The notes beneath the pieces are model-generated. The model was not told the DNA's origin. It saw only the letters and a list, made by a program, of their open reading frames with translations, and did not search any database. A program made the position numbers and the translations under genes. 64,000 bases of DNA from an uncultured Spirochaetota bacterium (GTDB lineage: Bacteria; Spirochaetota; Spirochaetia; SZUA-6; Fen-1364), in NCBI GenBank assembly GCA_963745235.1, contig CAVUXE010000009.1, positions 96,001 to 160,000 of the forward strand, written 5' to 3'. This document shows positions 51,129 to 60,765 of this stretch, piece by piece (positions within the stretch are counted from its first letter, which is position 1; each line of letters opens with the position of its first letter).

Positions 51129-52188
51129 GATACGGGAGCAGCTTCGCGGGGACCTGGGCCGCGGACCGAAGACCGGACAGAAGCGAAACGGTGTGGCCGG
51201 CGTTCTCCAGGCGATCGGCCATGCGTTGACCAGCTCCGCCGGCCGGGCATGCCTCGAGCTCCTGCTGGTGCTTCTCCTGGGCGTCATCTTCAACGCGGAC
51301 GGGGCATTCTTCAAAGAGGGGACGCATCGTGACACCCTGCGCCAGGCCTCGGTCTACGGGATCCTTGCCTGCGGGATGACGCTGGTCATCATCACCGGGG
51401 GGATCGACCTCTCCGTCGGGAGCGTCCTTGCAGTCTCCTCCGTCTCCTTTGCCCTCCTGTCCATGCACATGGACTGGACCTGGTGGCTGGCCATCCCGGC
51501 ATGCCTCGGGCTGGGCGCCCTCCTCGGTTCAGCCTCCGGCGCCCTGGTCTCCAACGCGAAGCTGCAGCCTTTCATCGCCACGCTGGCGCTGATGACCTTT
51601 GCCCGCGGTTTCGCCAAGTACATCACCGGCGGGCAGAAGATCTCCACCTACGTCACGCAGGGCGACAAGGTCATCATCAAGGAGCTCCCCCCGGTCTTCA
51701 AGTTCATCGACTCGCGCATCCTGGGAGGCAACCTTGCCATTGTGAGCGTGATCTTCTTCGTCTGTTTCATCGTCGCCTGGATCTTCCTTGCCCGCCACAA
51801 GTGGGGCAGGGAGCTCTACTCCATCGGCGGCAACGAGGAGGCGGCCAGGCTTTCTGGGGTCCCCGTGCGCATGGCAAAGTTCCTGGCATACACCTTCTCC
51901 GGGCTCATGTGCGGCGTGGCGGGCATTTGCCAGGCTGCACAGGAGACGCAGGGGGATCCCGAGACCGGGGCAGGCTACGAGCTGACTGCCATTGCCATGG
52001 TGGTCATCGGCGGGACGAGCCTCGCGGGAGGACGGGGGAGCATGGGGCTCACGCTCCTGGGCATCCTCACCATCGGATATTTGCAGAAGATTCTCAGCAT
52101 CAATGCGGTCCCGGAAGCCGGCCGGCTCATGATCACCGGGATCATCATTGTGCTCGCCGTTCTGACGCAGAAGCGGAGGACCAAGTAA
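51118..52188 (+). CDS. Sugar ABC permease, RbsC-like
   Basis: GGIDLSVG, GGNEEAARLSG, GGTSLAGG. Confidence 0.93.
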   Translation: MVGEIREQLRGDLGRGPKTGQKRNGVAGVLQAIGHALTSSAGRACLELLLVLLLGVIFNADGAFFKEGTHRDTLRQASVYGILACGMTLVIITGGIDLSVGSVLAVSSVSFALLSMHMDWTWWLAIPACLGLGALLGSASGALVSNAKLQPFIATLALMTFARGFAKYITGGQKISTYVTQGDKVIIKELPPVFKFIDSRILGGNLAIVSVIFFVCFIVAWIFLARHKWGRELYSIGGNEEAARLSGVPVRMAKFLAYTFSGLMCGVAGICQAAQETQGDPETGAGYELTAIAMVVIGGTSLAGGRGSMGLTLLGILTIGYLQKILSINAVPEAGRLMITGIIIVLAVLTQKRRTK

Positions 52189-52275
52189 CGGTGCCTCCGG
52201 GAGAGGAGGAAAGAGGCAAGCAGACCGGGCTTCGGAATGTTCTCGAAATCCAATCTCTTTGAAAGGAGATGATCC

Positions 52276-53205
52276 ATGAGATCCATCACAAAGTTTCTCC
52301 TCTGTGCGGCTCTCCTGTGCTCGCTGGCGGTATTACCCGTGTTTTCCGCCCCGAAATACATCATCGGGATGAGCCAGTGCAACCTCGGTGAGCCCTGGCG
52401 CGTGCAGATGAACGCGGACATCAAGGCAGAGGCCGCCAAGCACCCGGAGATCCAGGTGATCTACAAGGACGCGCAGAATGACGTGCTGCAGCAGCGCGCC
52501 CAGGTCGAGGAGTTCGTCGACGCCAAGATCAACCTGCTCATCATCAGCCCCAAGGAGGCGCAGCCGCTTGCGGAGCCCGTGTCCAAGGCAATGGCCGCGG
52601 GCATCCCCGTCATCGTGCTGGACCGCGATATCATTGGCCAGAACTACACCGAGTTCATCGGCGCGGACAATGTGAAGATCGGCCGCGCTGTCGGGAAGTG
52701 GCTCGTCCAGAACTACGGCGGAAAGTCGGCCAGGGTCGTTGAGATCATGGGACTGCAGACCTCGACTCCCGGCCAGGACCGGCACAACGGCTTCCTGGAG
52801 GCGATCAAGGGCTCCGACTTGAACGTGATCTTCCGCGCGGATGCAAAGTGGCTCGAGCCCGATGCCCGCCGGGAGATGGAGTCCGCCCTCGCCCGGTTCG
52901 ACAAGATCGACATCGTGTACGGGCACAACGATCCGTCAGCCCACGGGGCGTACCTCGCGGCGCAGGCGGCGGGCCGGGAGAAGGACATGGTGTTCGTCGG
53001 AATCGACTCCCTGCCCCAGGAAGGTGTCGCGTACGTGAAGCAGGGCATCCTGACGGCGACCTTCCAGTATCCCACCGGCGGTGACGTGGCCATCAAGCAG
53101 GCCCTCAAGATCTTCAACGGAGAAAAGGTCGTCAAGAGGATCGTCCTCGGCTCGCGGATGTTCACGAAAGACAACGTGGACGCCGGAGGACAGGCCATCG
53201 AATAG
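52276..53205 (+). CDS. Sugar ABC substrate-binding protein
   Basis: Signal peptide; EPWR, DR and GHND motifs of the periplasmic binding protein type 1 fold. Confidence 0.92.
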   Translation: MRSITKFLLCAALLCSLAVLPVFSAPKYIIGMSQCNLGEPWRVQMNADIKAEAAKHPEIQVIYKDAQNDVLQQRAQVEEFVDAKINLLIISPKEAQPLAEPVSKAMAAGIPVIVLDRDIIGQNYTEFIGADNVKIGRAVGKWLVQNYGGKSARVVEIMGLQTSTPGQDRHNGFLEAIKGSDLNVIFRADAKWLEPDARREMESALARFDKIDIVYGHNDPSAHGAYLAAQAAGREKDMVFVGIDSLPQEGVAYVKQGILTATFQYPTGGDVAIKQALKIFNGEKVVKRIVLGSRMFTKDNVDAGGQAIE

Positions 53206-53226
53206 GCGCATCTCCTTCCTGCAGTG

Positions 53227-53259
53227 CCCCCGGACCGGCCTGTCCGGGGGACCATTTTT
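53227..53259 (+). terminator. Intrinsic terminator
   Basis: CCCCCGGAC/GTCCGGGGG stem followed by ACCATTTTT. Confidence 0.65.
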
Positions 53260-53286
53260 GATCCGTCCGTGCTATACTCGTGGTGA

Positions 53287-54642
53287 ATGTCGACCGGCGA
53301 CGCGAGGCCCGCCATGGATTACCGCATCCTGATTATCGATGACGAGAAAGAGCTCTGTGTCTCTCTTTCAGAAATCCTGACGGAGGAGGGTTACCACACC
53401 CTCTTCACCAGTGATCCGCTTGAAACGCCAGCCATCCTGGCGCGCACCCGCGTGGACCTCATCATCCTGGACATCCGTATGCCCGGCATCGGAGGCATCG
53501 ACCTTCTGCGGATGGTGCGCAAGACCAACCCGAACATCAAGGTCATCATCCTGACCGGCCATCCCAGCATCGAGAACGCCGTCCTTTCCATGAAGTACGG
53601 GGCCGCGAACTTCTATGAAAAGCCGCCCAACTTGAAGAAGCTCCTCAAGGAGATCCGCGAGTTTTCCGCGCGAGATGCCTCCGTCGGCGGACCCACCGGG
53701 GTCGAGTTGCAGTCCGCCCGCCGGGTGGTGACCAGAGATCCGCGGATGGTGAAAGTCCTCCAGTCAGCGGAGAAGGCGGCTGCCACAACGGCCCCCGTTC
53801 TCATAACAGGGGAGAGCGGCACGGGCAAGGAGCTCATTGCAAGCCTTGTGCACGAAGCGGGGCAGCGGGCAGACAGGCCCTTCATCAAGGTGAACTGCGC
53901 TGCCATCCCCGAGACGCTCCTGGAAAGCGAGCTCTTCGGCCACGAGAAGGGCGCCTTTACGAACGCCCTGGCCCAGAAGAAGGGCAAGTTCGAGCTTGCC
54001 CATGAGGGCACTATTTTTCTCGACGAGATCGGAGACATGAGCTCGAGCACGCAGGCCAAGATCCTGCGGGTCCTGCAGGAGCAGGAGTTCGAGCGGGTGG
54101 GAGGAACGCAGACGATCCGGGCCGACATCCGAATCATCGCGGCCACCAACAAGGACCTTCGACTCCTCATCCAGAAGGATGCCTTCCGGGAGGACCTCTA
54201 CTACCGGCTGTGCGTGATCTCCCTGCACATACCACCCCTGCGCGAGCGGCCTGAAGACGTCGAGCTGCTCATCGACCACTTCCTCAAGCTCTTCTCCACC
54301 CAGTATGCGCGGGAAATCCGCGGGCTGGACGCGCAAACCCGGGAGCTGCTCCTGGCCCACACGTGGCCCGGGAACGTGCGGGAGCTGAAGAACTGCATCG
54401 AAAGGGCCACGATCTTCTGTGAGGGGGAGCTGGTCACCCTCGAGGACCTTCCCTCCCAGTACATGGAGCTGGAGGGGACTCATCTGGGCCAGAAGCTCCA
54501 GAGCAGCTTCGAGCAGCTGAACCGCGCCATGATCATGGAGGCCCTGGAAAAGTCGAAGGGCAAGAAGTCGAAGGCCGCGGACATGCTGAACATCAACCGC
54601 CGGACGCTGTACAACCGCATGAGGAAGCTGGGCTTGAGCTGA
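53287..54642 (+). CDS. sigma54-dependent response regulator (NtrC family)
   Basis: Receiver IDD/D/T/K, GESGTGKE, GAFTNA, FLDE, WPGNVREL and a Fis-type HTH; alternative start 53314. Confidence 0.95.
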   Translation: MSTGDARPAMDYRILIIDDEKELCVSLSEILTEEGYHTLFTSDPLETPAILARTRVDLIILDIRMPGIGGIDLLRMVRKTNPNIKVIILTGHPSIENAVLSMKYGAANFYEKPPNLKKLLKEIREFSARDASVGGPTGVELQSARRVVTRDPRMVKVLQSAEKAAATTAPVLITGESGTGKELIASLVHEAGQRADRPFIKVNCAAIPETLLESELFGHEKGAFTNALAQKKGKFELAHEGTIFLDEIGDMSSSTQAKILRVLQEQEFERVGGTQTIRADIRIIAATNKDLRLLIQKDAFREDLYYRLCVISLHIPPLRERPEDVELLIDHFLKLFSTQYAREIRGLDAQTRELLLAHTWPGNVRELKNCIERATIFCEGELVTLEDLPSQYMELEGTHLGQKLQSSFEQLNRAMIMEALEKSKGKKSKAADMLNINRRTLYNRMRKLGLS

Positions 54643-56459
54643 TGATGAAGCCGCGCGGGCCCCTCCTCGTTTCCATGAGGAACATCCATGTCAGCTATGA
54701 CAGCGTGCAGGCGCTGCGGGGGGTGGACTTCGACCTCGGCGCCGGGGAGATCCACGGTCTCCTGGGTGAGCACAGGGCCGGCAAGTCGACGCTGGTGAAG
54801 CTGCTCTCGGGAGCCGTGACGAAAGAGCGGGGGACGATCTGGCTCCGTGGAGAGGAGGTCCAGTCCTTCACGCCGAAATCCGCCATGCAGAACCGGATCG
54901 CTATCGTCTACCAGAACATGAACGTGATCCCGAGCATCAGCGCCATCGAGAACATCTTCACCGGGCAGCGGGTGACCCGACGGCTGGGCTTCCTGGACAC
55001 GAAGAGCATGGAGAGCACCGCGGTGAAGCTCTTCCAGGCCCTCCAGGTGGACATCAACCCGCACGCGCGGCTGGAGGACCTGACGGAGGCGGAGCAGCTC
55101 ATGGTGGAGATCGCCAAGGCGCTTTCCATCGAACCGGAGCTGCTGATCTTCGACGAGATATCGAGCAAGCTGACCCCCCGGGAGATGGAAACGATCTATC
55201 GGCTTCTCTTCGAGTTCAAGAGCCGTGGCAGGAGCGTGATCTACATCTCCCACAACATGGATGAGATCTTCCAGCTCGCCGACAGGGTCACCATCCTGAA
55301 AAACGGGCTCCGCCAGGGGACGGAGGAGATCCAGGACATCGACAAGCTCAAGCTGATCAAGATGACCTATTCCTACGTCCTGAGCAGGGAGGAGCTGGAG
55401 CAGGACAACCGGGAGCTTTTCCTGCTGAAGAAGTACAACGAGAACATCATCCGTAACCTTCCCATCGGGGTGATCATCCTCGACCAGAAAAAAAGGATCT
55501 CCATCGTCAACTTCGCGGCCGTGAAGATCCTTGCCCTGAAGGACGAGGTGCTGATGGACCAGCCGGTGGCGACGCTCCTTTCGCGCTGCGGGATGGAAAA
55601 ACGCGCGGAGATCGAGGAGAGAATCACCGCCAAGGAGGAGCACGTCTGGGAGGAGCTGCACTGCGCGGAAAAAGGGCTGGTCCGCCTGCGTGTCTTCCCG
55701 TTCCAGGACGACGAGTACAAGCACCTGGGCACCATCCTCGTCATCGAGGACATCTCGCGGGACCGCTATTTCCAGGACTACCTGCTGCGCTCCGAGAAGA
55801 TCGCCTCCATTGCGGAGCTTGCCACCGGGGTGGCGCACGAGATCTCCAATCCCCTCAGCGTCGTGCTCAACTACGTGGATCTTCTCAAGCGCCACCACGC
55901 GAGCGGCGCAGACGCGGAAAGACTCTCCAAGATCGAACGCGAGCTGAACCGAATCGGGGAGATCATCGGCAGCCTGCTTTCCTTCTCCAAGGTGCGCAAG
56001 ATCCCCATGGAACCGCTCAGCGTCGCCCGGATCATTTCCGACGTCGTTCTCCTCGTGGACCACAAGATCCACGAAAAAGCGGTGAACCTTCGCCTGCCAG
56101 CCGTGCCGGACGATCTGCTGGTCTACGGGGAGGAGAACAGCCTGAAGCAGGTCTTCGTGAATCTCCTCATCAACAGCGCGGAGGCCGTCCTCGAGCACGG
56201 GACCGTGGAGGTAGCCGTCAAGCGCATCGAGGCTGACAACTGCGTGGAGGTCTCGATCATCGACGACGGCTGCGGCATTCCTTCCGAGATCATCGACAGG
56301 ATTTTCGATCCTTTTTTCAGCACCAAGGCGGGAAAGAAGAACACCGGCCTCGGACTCTCCATCTGCCAGCACATCGTGGAATCCCACGAGGGGGTGATCA
56401 TGTGCTCGTCCGAGGAGAACACCGTGATGAGCGTGCGGCTTCCGATCTACCGCCCGTAG
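54642..56459 (+). CDS. Histidine kinase with N-terminal ABC ATPase domain (NBD-PAS-HisKA-HATPase)
   Basis: GEHRAGKS, VYQ, LLIFDE and ISH; PAS-like IIRNLPIGVIILD; AHEISNPL; N, G1, F and G2 boxes; no TM segment. Confidence 0.9.
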   Translation: MMKPRGPLLVSMRNIHVSYDSVQALRGVDFDLGAGEIHGLLGEHRAGKSTLVKLLSGAVTKERGTIWLRGEEVQSFTPKSAMQNRIAIVYQNMNVIPSISAIENIFTGQRVTRRLGFLDTKSMESTAVKLFQALQVDINPHARLEDLTEAEQLMVEIAKALSIEPELLIFDEISSKLTPREMETIYRLLFEFKSRGRSVIYISHNMDEIFQLADRVTILKNGLRQGTEEIQDIDKLKLIKMTYSYVLSREELEQDNRELFLLKKYNENIIRNLPIGVIILDQKKRISIVNFAAVKILALKDEVLMDQPVATLLSRCGMEKRAEIEERITAKEEHVWEELHCAEKGLVRLRVFPFQDDEYKHLGTILVIEDISRDRYFQDYLLRSEKIASIAELATGVAHEISNPLSVVLNYVDLLKRHHASGADAERLSKIERELNRIGEIIGSLLSFSKVRKIPMEPLSVARIISDVVLLVDHKIHEKAVNLRLPAVPDDLLVYGEENSLKQVFVNLLINSAEAVLEHGTVEVAVKRIEADNCVEVSIIDDGCGIPSEIIDRIFDPFFSTKAGKKNTGLGLSICQHIVESHEGVIMCSSEENTVMSVRLPIYRP

Positions 56460-57266
56460 CTATCGCACGGTGACCTTGTATCCCCTCACCTCGGTGCGGC
56501 CCGTGCCGGTGATCACCTCGTTTCCCAGCTCCAGCCCGGTCACGTAGAGATTGTCCCCCAGCAGCTTTCGCGACTGCAGGAAAGCGGCAAAAGCTCCAAC
56601 GTCGAGCGGTCCTTTCAGGACGGGTGTTCTGGCGAGGAAGGCCACGTATGTCCACTTCTGGGGGTTCTTGCCGGAAGCGTCGCCATGAGATTCGCGGACG
56701 AAGACATCAAAGGTGGTGCCGTCAAGCGTGAACACGTCTGTCCACACCCCTGCCGGTGTCATTCCCTTGTTGTCGATCCAGATCATGACCTCGTGGGTTA
56801 TGGCAGTCGGCCCCGCGGGCAAAGAGGACACGGTCCAGAACTCGAAGGCCATGTTGCACATTCCCGTGGCCTCGAACGAGATGTCGTAATCCACCGTGAT
56901 TCCGCGTGAGCCTATGAGGAGCGGAAGGTTGTCCGCCCGGCCCTGACGCTTTGCGTCCCAGGGGCTGTCCCCATACATCACCTCCGGATACGCAACGACG
57001 CCGTCGCTGGAGGGCCACCGCCACTGCCACCCGAAAGCGATCTCCCCGTTCGCGGTGCTCGTGAAGATTGCCTGCTCGTGCGGCCCATGCGCGGCCGCCC
57101 TGTTCCACGTGTTGTTGCTGAGCAGGTAGCCGCCGCCCAGGGACAGGGAAGCAAAGTCCCTGCTGAGACGGACGTCGCCGGTCTGCCGTTCATGCATCTG
57201 GGAGAGGCACCCCGTGAGCACAATGGCGCACACCAACCCCGCCACACAGGCTCGCAGCCGCGGCAT
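56460..57266 (-). CDS. GH12 family glycoside hydrolase lipoprotein
   Basis: LTGC lipobox; NNTWN, AYPE, EVMIW and LELGNE motifs. Confidence 0.85.
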   Translation of the reverse strand: MPRLRACVAGLVCAIVLTGCLSQMHERQTGDVRLSRDFASLSLGGGYLLSNNTWNRAAAHGPHEQAIFTSTANGEIAFGWQWRWPSSDGVVAYPEVMYGDSPWDAKRQGRADNLPLLIGSRGITVDYDISFEATGMCNMAFEFWTVSSLPAGPTAITHEVMIWIDNKGMTPAGVWTDVFTLDGTTFDVFVRESHGDASGKNPQKWTYVAFLARTPVLKGPLDVGAFAAFLQSRKLLGDNLYVTGLELGNEVITGTGRTEVRGYKVTVR

Positions 57267-57443
57267 TCACATCCCTTTCCCCGTCACCTGCTCTTCGCTT
57301 TTCACGAACGTCCCGCACGTGGTGCAGTACCAGCTGCTCACGCTGATCTTCACCGTGGTCCCGTCCGGATCCATCCGGGTCGTGTTCTTCTTGCGAACCT
57401 CCATCTCCCGCGGCTCGCGGCAACGCGGACACAGCTCGTTCAT
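57267..57443 (-). CDS. 58-aa zinc-ribbon protein (MNELCPRC...YCTTCGTFVK...)
   Basis: Translated by hand; GGAGG RBS; two CxxC pairs; stop abuts the GH12 ATG. Confidence 0.75.
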   Translation of the reverse strand: MNELCPRCREPREMEVRKKNTTRMDPDGTTVKISVSSWYCTTCGTFVKSEEQVTGKGM

Positions 57444-57492
57444 GACGCACCTCCGCTCTCACTCGGATGCCGGATTGTATCACAGCGGGGCG

Positions 57493-58059
57493 CTAGTCCA
57501 TCATCAGGGAGGAAATGTCGATCTGCAGGAGCGTCTGGTCCCTGAAATAAAAGGTTGTCGAGTTGGTGATCTCCTGCGTAAAGGGCACATTGTAGGAAAC
57601 GGAGTTTTCCTGCGTGTCCTGCGGTGGACCGAAGAGCTTCATGATCTGCTCCCGCGTGGTCTCTCCGAGCCGGATCCCGTACTTCAGGGGGAACTGGTTG
57701 CCGCGCAGCTGGATGAGGACGAGGTTCTCGACGTCCTTGCCGATGACGTGAAGGTAGACCAGGTCCCCAAAGGCATACCGCAGCGTGATGATGGAGTTGA
57801 CAATTCTCGGGTCGTGCTCGCTTGGGGCATCCCGAGTCAGGGTCTCACGGGGGCGGCCGAGCACCTTTACCGCGTCTGTGTGCACCTGCATTCGAGAGGC
57901 GGGAAGGGCGACCGAGGCGAACGGGTTGATGGAGAACGCCTGGACCGACGGAGGTCCGCTCTCTACCGCGGCTTTCCCCGGTGGCGGGGGCGCCGTTCCG
58001 CAGCCCGCCGCGCACAGGAGGGCGAGCGCGCAAGCGAGCACTCGTACGTGCGAACGCAT
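57493..58059 (-). CDS. Lipoprotein of unknown function
   Basis: AAGC lipobox; GIRLG.TT.EQI..LFG.P motif. Confidence 0.75.
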   Translation of the reverse strand: MRSHVRVLACALALLCAAGCGTAPPPPGKAAVESGPPSVQAFSINPFASVALPASRMQVHTDAVKVLGRPRETLTRDAPSEHDPRIVNSIITLRYAFGDLVYLHVIGKDVENLVLIQLRGNQFPLKYGIRLGETTREQIMKLFGPPQDTQENSVSYNVPFTQEITNSTTFYFRDQTLLQIDISSLMMD

Positions 58060-58097
58060 AGGCGGTCTATGAATATAGGCCCGGTCCGCGGGCATTT

Positions 58098-58481
58098 CTA
58101 TTTCGTGTCTGCTTCTTCTTCCAGGTAGAACCGCATGATCGTGCTCCCGATCACGATCCGGTCCCCGTACTGCAGGCGGCTCTTCTCCGAGAGCTTTCGC
58201 GAGTTGAGGAAGGTGGAGTTCGTCGAGTTCAGGTCTTCGATGAAGTAGTCTCCCGCCCCGTCCACTGACACGGCGCAGTGCCGCCGGCTCAGGAGCGGGT
58301 CATCTATGACGAACTCACAGTCACCCTGGCGCCCAAGGACGCTGTGAGGCTGGTCGATCACGAACGTCGTTCCGAATCCCATGCGGGAAAGGATGACCAG
58401 GAGAGCTCTCTTTCCCAGCGCCGCCGAATACTTGAACTTCTGCGGGTCTTTCCTGATCTGTGTATTCTCTCCGCCGTTCAC
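58098..58481 (-). CDS. FHA domain protein
   Basis: LGR, SRRH, DLNSTNST and GDRI motifs. Confidence 0.88.
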   Translation of the reverse strand: MNGGENTQIRKDPQKFKYSAALGKRALLVILSRMGFGTTFVIDQPHSVLGRQGDCEFVIDDPLLSRRHCAVSVDGAGDYFIEDLNSTNSTFLNSRKLSEKSRLQYGDRIVIGSTIMRFYLEEEADTK

Positions 58482-58594
58482 AACGGGATCATCCCGGCGC
58501 CGGCAGCGGCTGTCAAGGTGCGCTTGCCTCCCCGCCGAACGGCGGTAGACTGTCGCCTCGGCGCGTGCTTCAATCCCGGCCAAGGAAACCACGC

Positions 58595-59431
58595 ATGGCA
58601 ATACTCCTGGCCGGTCTCTCCGCGCTGATGTACGGCGCGGCTGACTTCTGCGGGGGGATGGCGACGCGCAGGGCGCCGCTTCCCGCCGTGCTCGCCTCTT
58701 CCCAGGCGGTGGGCCTCGTGGTCGCCGCGGTTGCATCCCTCGCTTTCGGTTTTCACCTGACTGCTCCGTCAGATCTCGCCTGGGGCGCCCTGGCCGGCGT
58801 ATCGGGAGCCGCCGGTATTGCCGCGCTCTACTACGCCCTGGCCACGACAGTGGTTGCCGTGGCATCCCCCCTGGCCGCCGTTACGGGTGCCGTCATACCG
58901 GTCCTCCTGGGAGTTGCCGCGGGGGAAAGGCCAGGCTCCCTGGCGTGGGTGGGAATCGGGATGGGAGTGTGCGCCATTGCTCTGCTCACCGCGGGACCTT
59001 CAAAATCTCCCAGGGAGCGAGCAGTCCGTCGCGCGGCGCTCCTTGGCGTGCTGGCTGGTCTCGGATTCGGACTGTTCTTCTTTTCGATTTCCAGGACCTC
59101 TCACGCTTCGGGCCTGTGGCCGCTGGTGGCGGCCAGGATCGCAACCGTTTCGCTCGTGGTTCTTTTTGCCGTTGCGGCTCGCAGGCCTCTGCGCCTGTCG
59201 AAGGCGTCGCTTCCCATGGTTCTCCTCTCGGGAGGACTGGACATGGGAGCAAACATCGCGTTCCTTCTTGCGAGCAGGAGCGGGATGCTGAGCATCTCTG
59301 CCGCTGTCGCCGCCCTTTACCCGGGGCCCACGGTCATCCTCGCCTGGATCCTGCTGAAAGAGCGCGTGACGGCGCCCCGCGTGGTGGGGCTGGCCCTTGC
59401 CCTTGCCGGTGTGGCGCTCATTTCCGCGTGA
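58595..59431 (+). CDS. DMT/EamA family transporter
   Basis: YGAADFCGG; about 10 TM; LKER. Confidence 0.88.
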   Translation: MAILLAGLSALMYGAADFCGGMATRRAPLPAVLASSQAVGLVVAAVASLAFGFHLTAPSDLAWGALAGVSGAAGIAALYYALATTVVAVASPLAAVTGAVIPVLLGVAAGERPGSLAWVGIGMGVCAIALLTAGPSKSPRERAVRRAALLGVLAGLGFGLFFFSISRTSHASGLWPLVAARIATVSLVVLFAVAARRPLRLSKASLPMVLLSGGLDMGANIAFLLASRSGMLSISAAVAALYPGPTVILAWILLKERVTAPRVVGLALALAGVALISA

Positions 59432-59467
59432 GGGTCGCCCTGTCCGGAGCCCGCAGCCGTTCGAACC

Positions 59468-59665
59468 TCAGGCAGACCTTGCCCTCTTTATCCTGGCGCC
59501 CAGGATGATGAGGACGATGCCGATGATCCCGAGCCCCCCGCCGATGACAATCCAGCGCTTGTGCCCGGCCATCTGTCCGTAGGAAAGGACATTCGTCCCC
59601 TGAAGCGCCCAGATCACCCCGACCACAAGGAGAAGAACGCCGAGTACGATGAGAACCCATTTCAT
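59468..59665 (-). CDS. Small 2-TM protein
   Basis: MKWVLIVLG...WALQG.N...M.G..W. Confidence 0.72.
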   Translation of the reverse strand: MKWVLIVLGVLLLVVGVIWALQGTNVLSYGQMAGHKRWIVIGGGLGIIGIVLIILGARIKRARSA

Positions 59666-59766
59666 AGAAGCAAAGATAGCTCTTTGCGGATGCGCGGGAC
59701 AGCGAGCGGGACAGCAACAAGAAGCGAACGGTTGCCCGGAGCGCGGCGCAATCGTACCATTGCCGT

Positions 59767-60765
59767 ATGAGGGCAGGCCTTGCGGTCTGTCTCCTGACGC
59801 TCGTGGCGGCTTGGGCATTCGGGGCCCCCTCCGACGTGCCTGTCACACCGACTCCCGCTCACGACCCTGCCATCATCAGGGAAGGAGACTGGTACTACCT
59901 GTTCACCACGGGTCCGGGGATCACCATCCAGCGCTCGCGCGACCTGGTATCCTGGTCCGTGGTCGGCTCGGTGTTCCGCACCCCTCCCGACTGGACGTAC
60001 AGGGACGTGCCACGGTTCGACGGCACTGTCTGGGCACCCGACATCTCGTTCGTCCACGGCCGCTACCTCCTCTACTACGCGGTGTCCTCGTTCGGGAGCA
60101 ACCAGTCCTGCATCGGGCTTGCCACCAATGCCACCCTTGACCCCCACAGCCGCCAGTATCGCTGGGAGGACAAGGGAAAAGTCATCGGGTCCCTGCCATG
60201 GAAGGACGATTGGAACGCGATCGATCCAAACCTCGCCGGGGATGATGAAAACCACTTTTTTCTGGTCTTCGGCTCCTTCTGGGGCGGCATCAAGATGGCG
60301 GCAATCGACCCTGACACCGGAAAGCTGCTGAAAGACCCGCCCGACCTCATCTCGCTCGCGCGGCGCCCGTCCGTGGCCGCGGATCCCATCGAGGCGCCTT
60401 TCATTTTCCGCCACGCTGATATGTACTACCTGTTCGTTTCTTTTGACTACTGCTGCCGCGGCATCAGGAGCGACTACAAGATAGCCGTTGGACGATCCTC
60501 GCGGCTCACGGGGCCCTACGTGGACAGGGACGGCAAACCGATGACCGAGGGCGGCGGCACAATAGTCCTGCAGAGCTACGACGACGTGCACGGCCCCGGC
60601 CACAACGCGGCCATTCATGACGGGGACACGGACTGGCTCGTCCACCACATGTATGACGGGACCCGGGGCGGAATGGCGGTGCTGCAGGTTCGCCCCCTCG
60701 CCTGGAGCGATGACGGATGGCCTGTTGCCGGCCCGCCGCTTTCGGCGCCGCGGGCTTTTCAGTAG
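59767..60765 (+). CDS. GH43 arabinan endo-1,5-alpha-L-arabinosidase
   Basis: AHDP, WAPD, NAIDP, GSFWGGI, IEAP, CC and GPGHN motifs. Confidence 0.92.
   Translation: MRAGLAVCLLTLVAAWAFGAPSDVPVTPTPAHDPAIIREGDWYYLFTTGPGITIQRSRDLVSWSVVGSVFRTPPDWTYRDVPRFDGTVWAPDISFVHGRYLLYYAVSSFGSNQSCIGLATNATLDPHSRQYRWEDKGKVIGSLPWKDDWNAIDPNLAGDDENHFFLVFGSFWGGIKMAAIDPDTGKLLKDPPDLISLARRPSVAADPIEAPFIFRHADMYYLFVSFDYCCRGIRSDYKIAVGRSSRLTGPYVDRDGKPMTEGGGTIVLQSYDDVHGPGHNAAIHDGDTDWLVHHMYDGTRGGMAVLQVRPLAWSDDGWPVAGPPLSAPRAFQ

Noticed and set aside
54480-56387. Long antisense ORFs (e.g. 54480..56387, 60968..62452, 48066..49127, 7479..8678)
   Set aside because: Shadow ORFs expected opposite real genes in high-GC DNA; no motifs or RBS.
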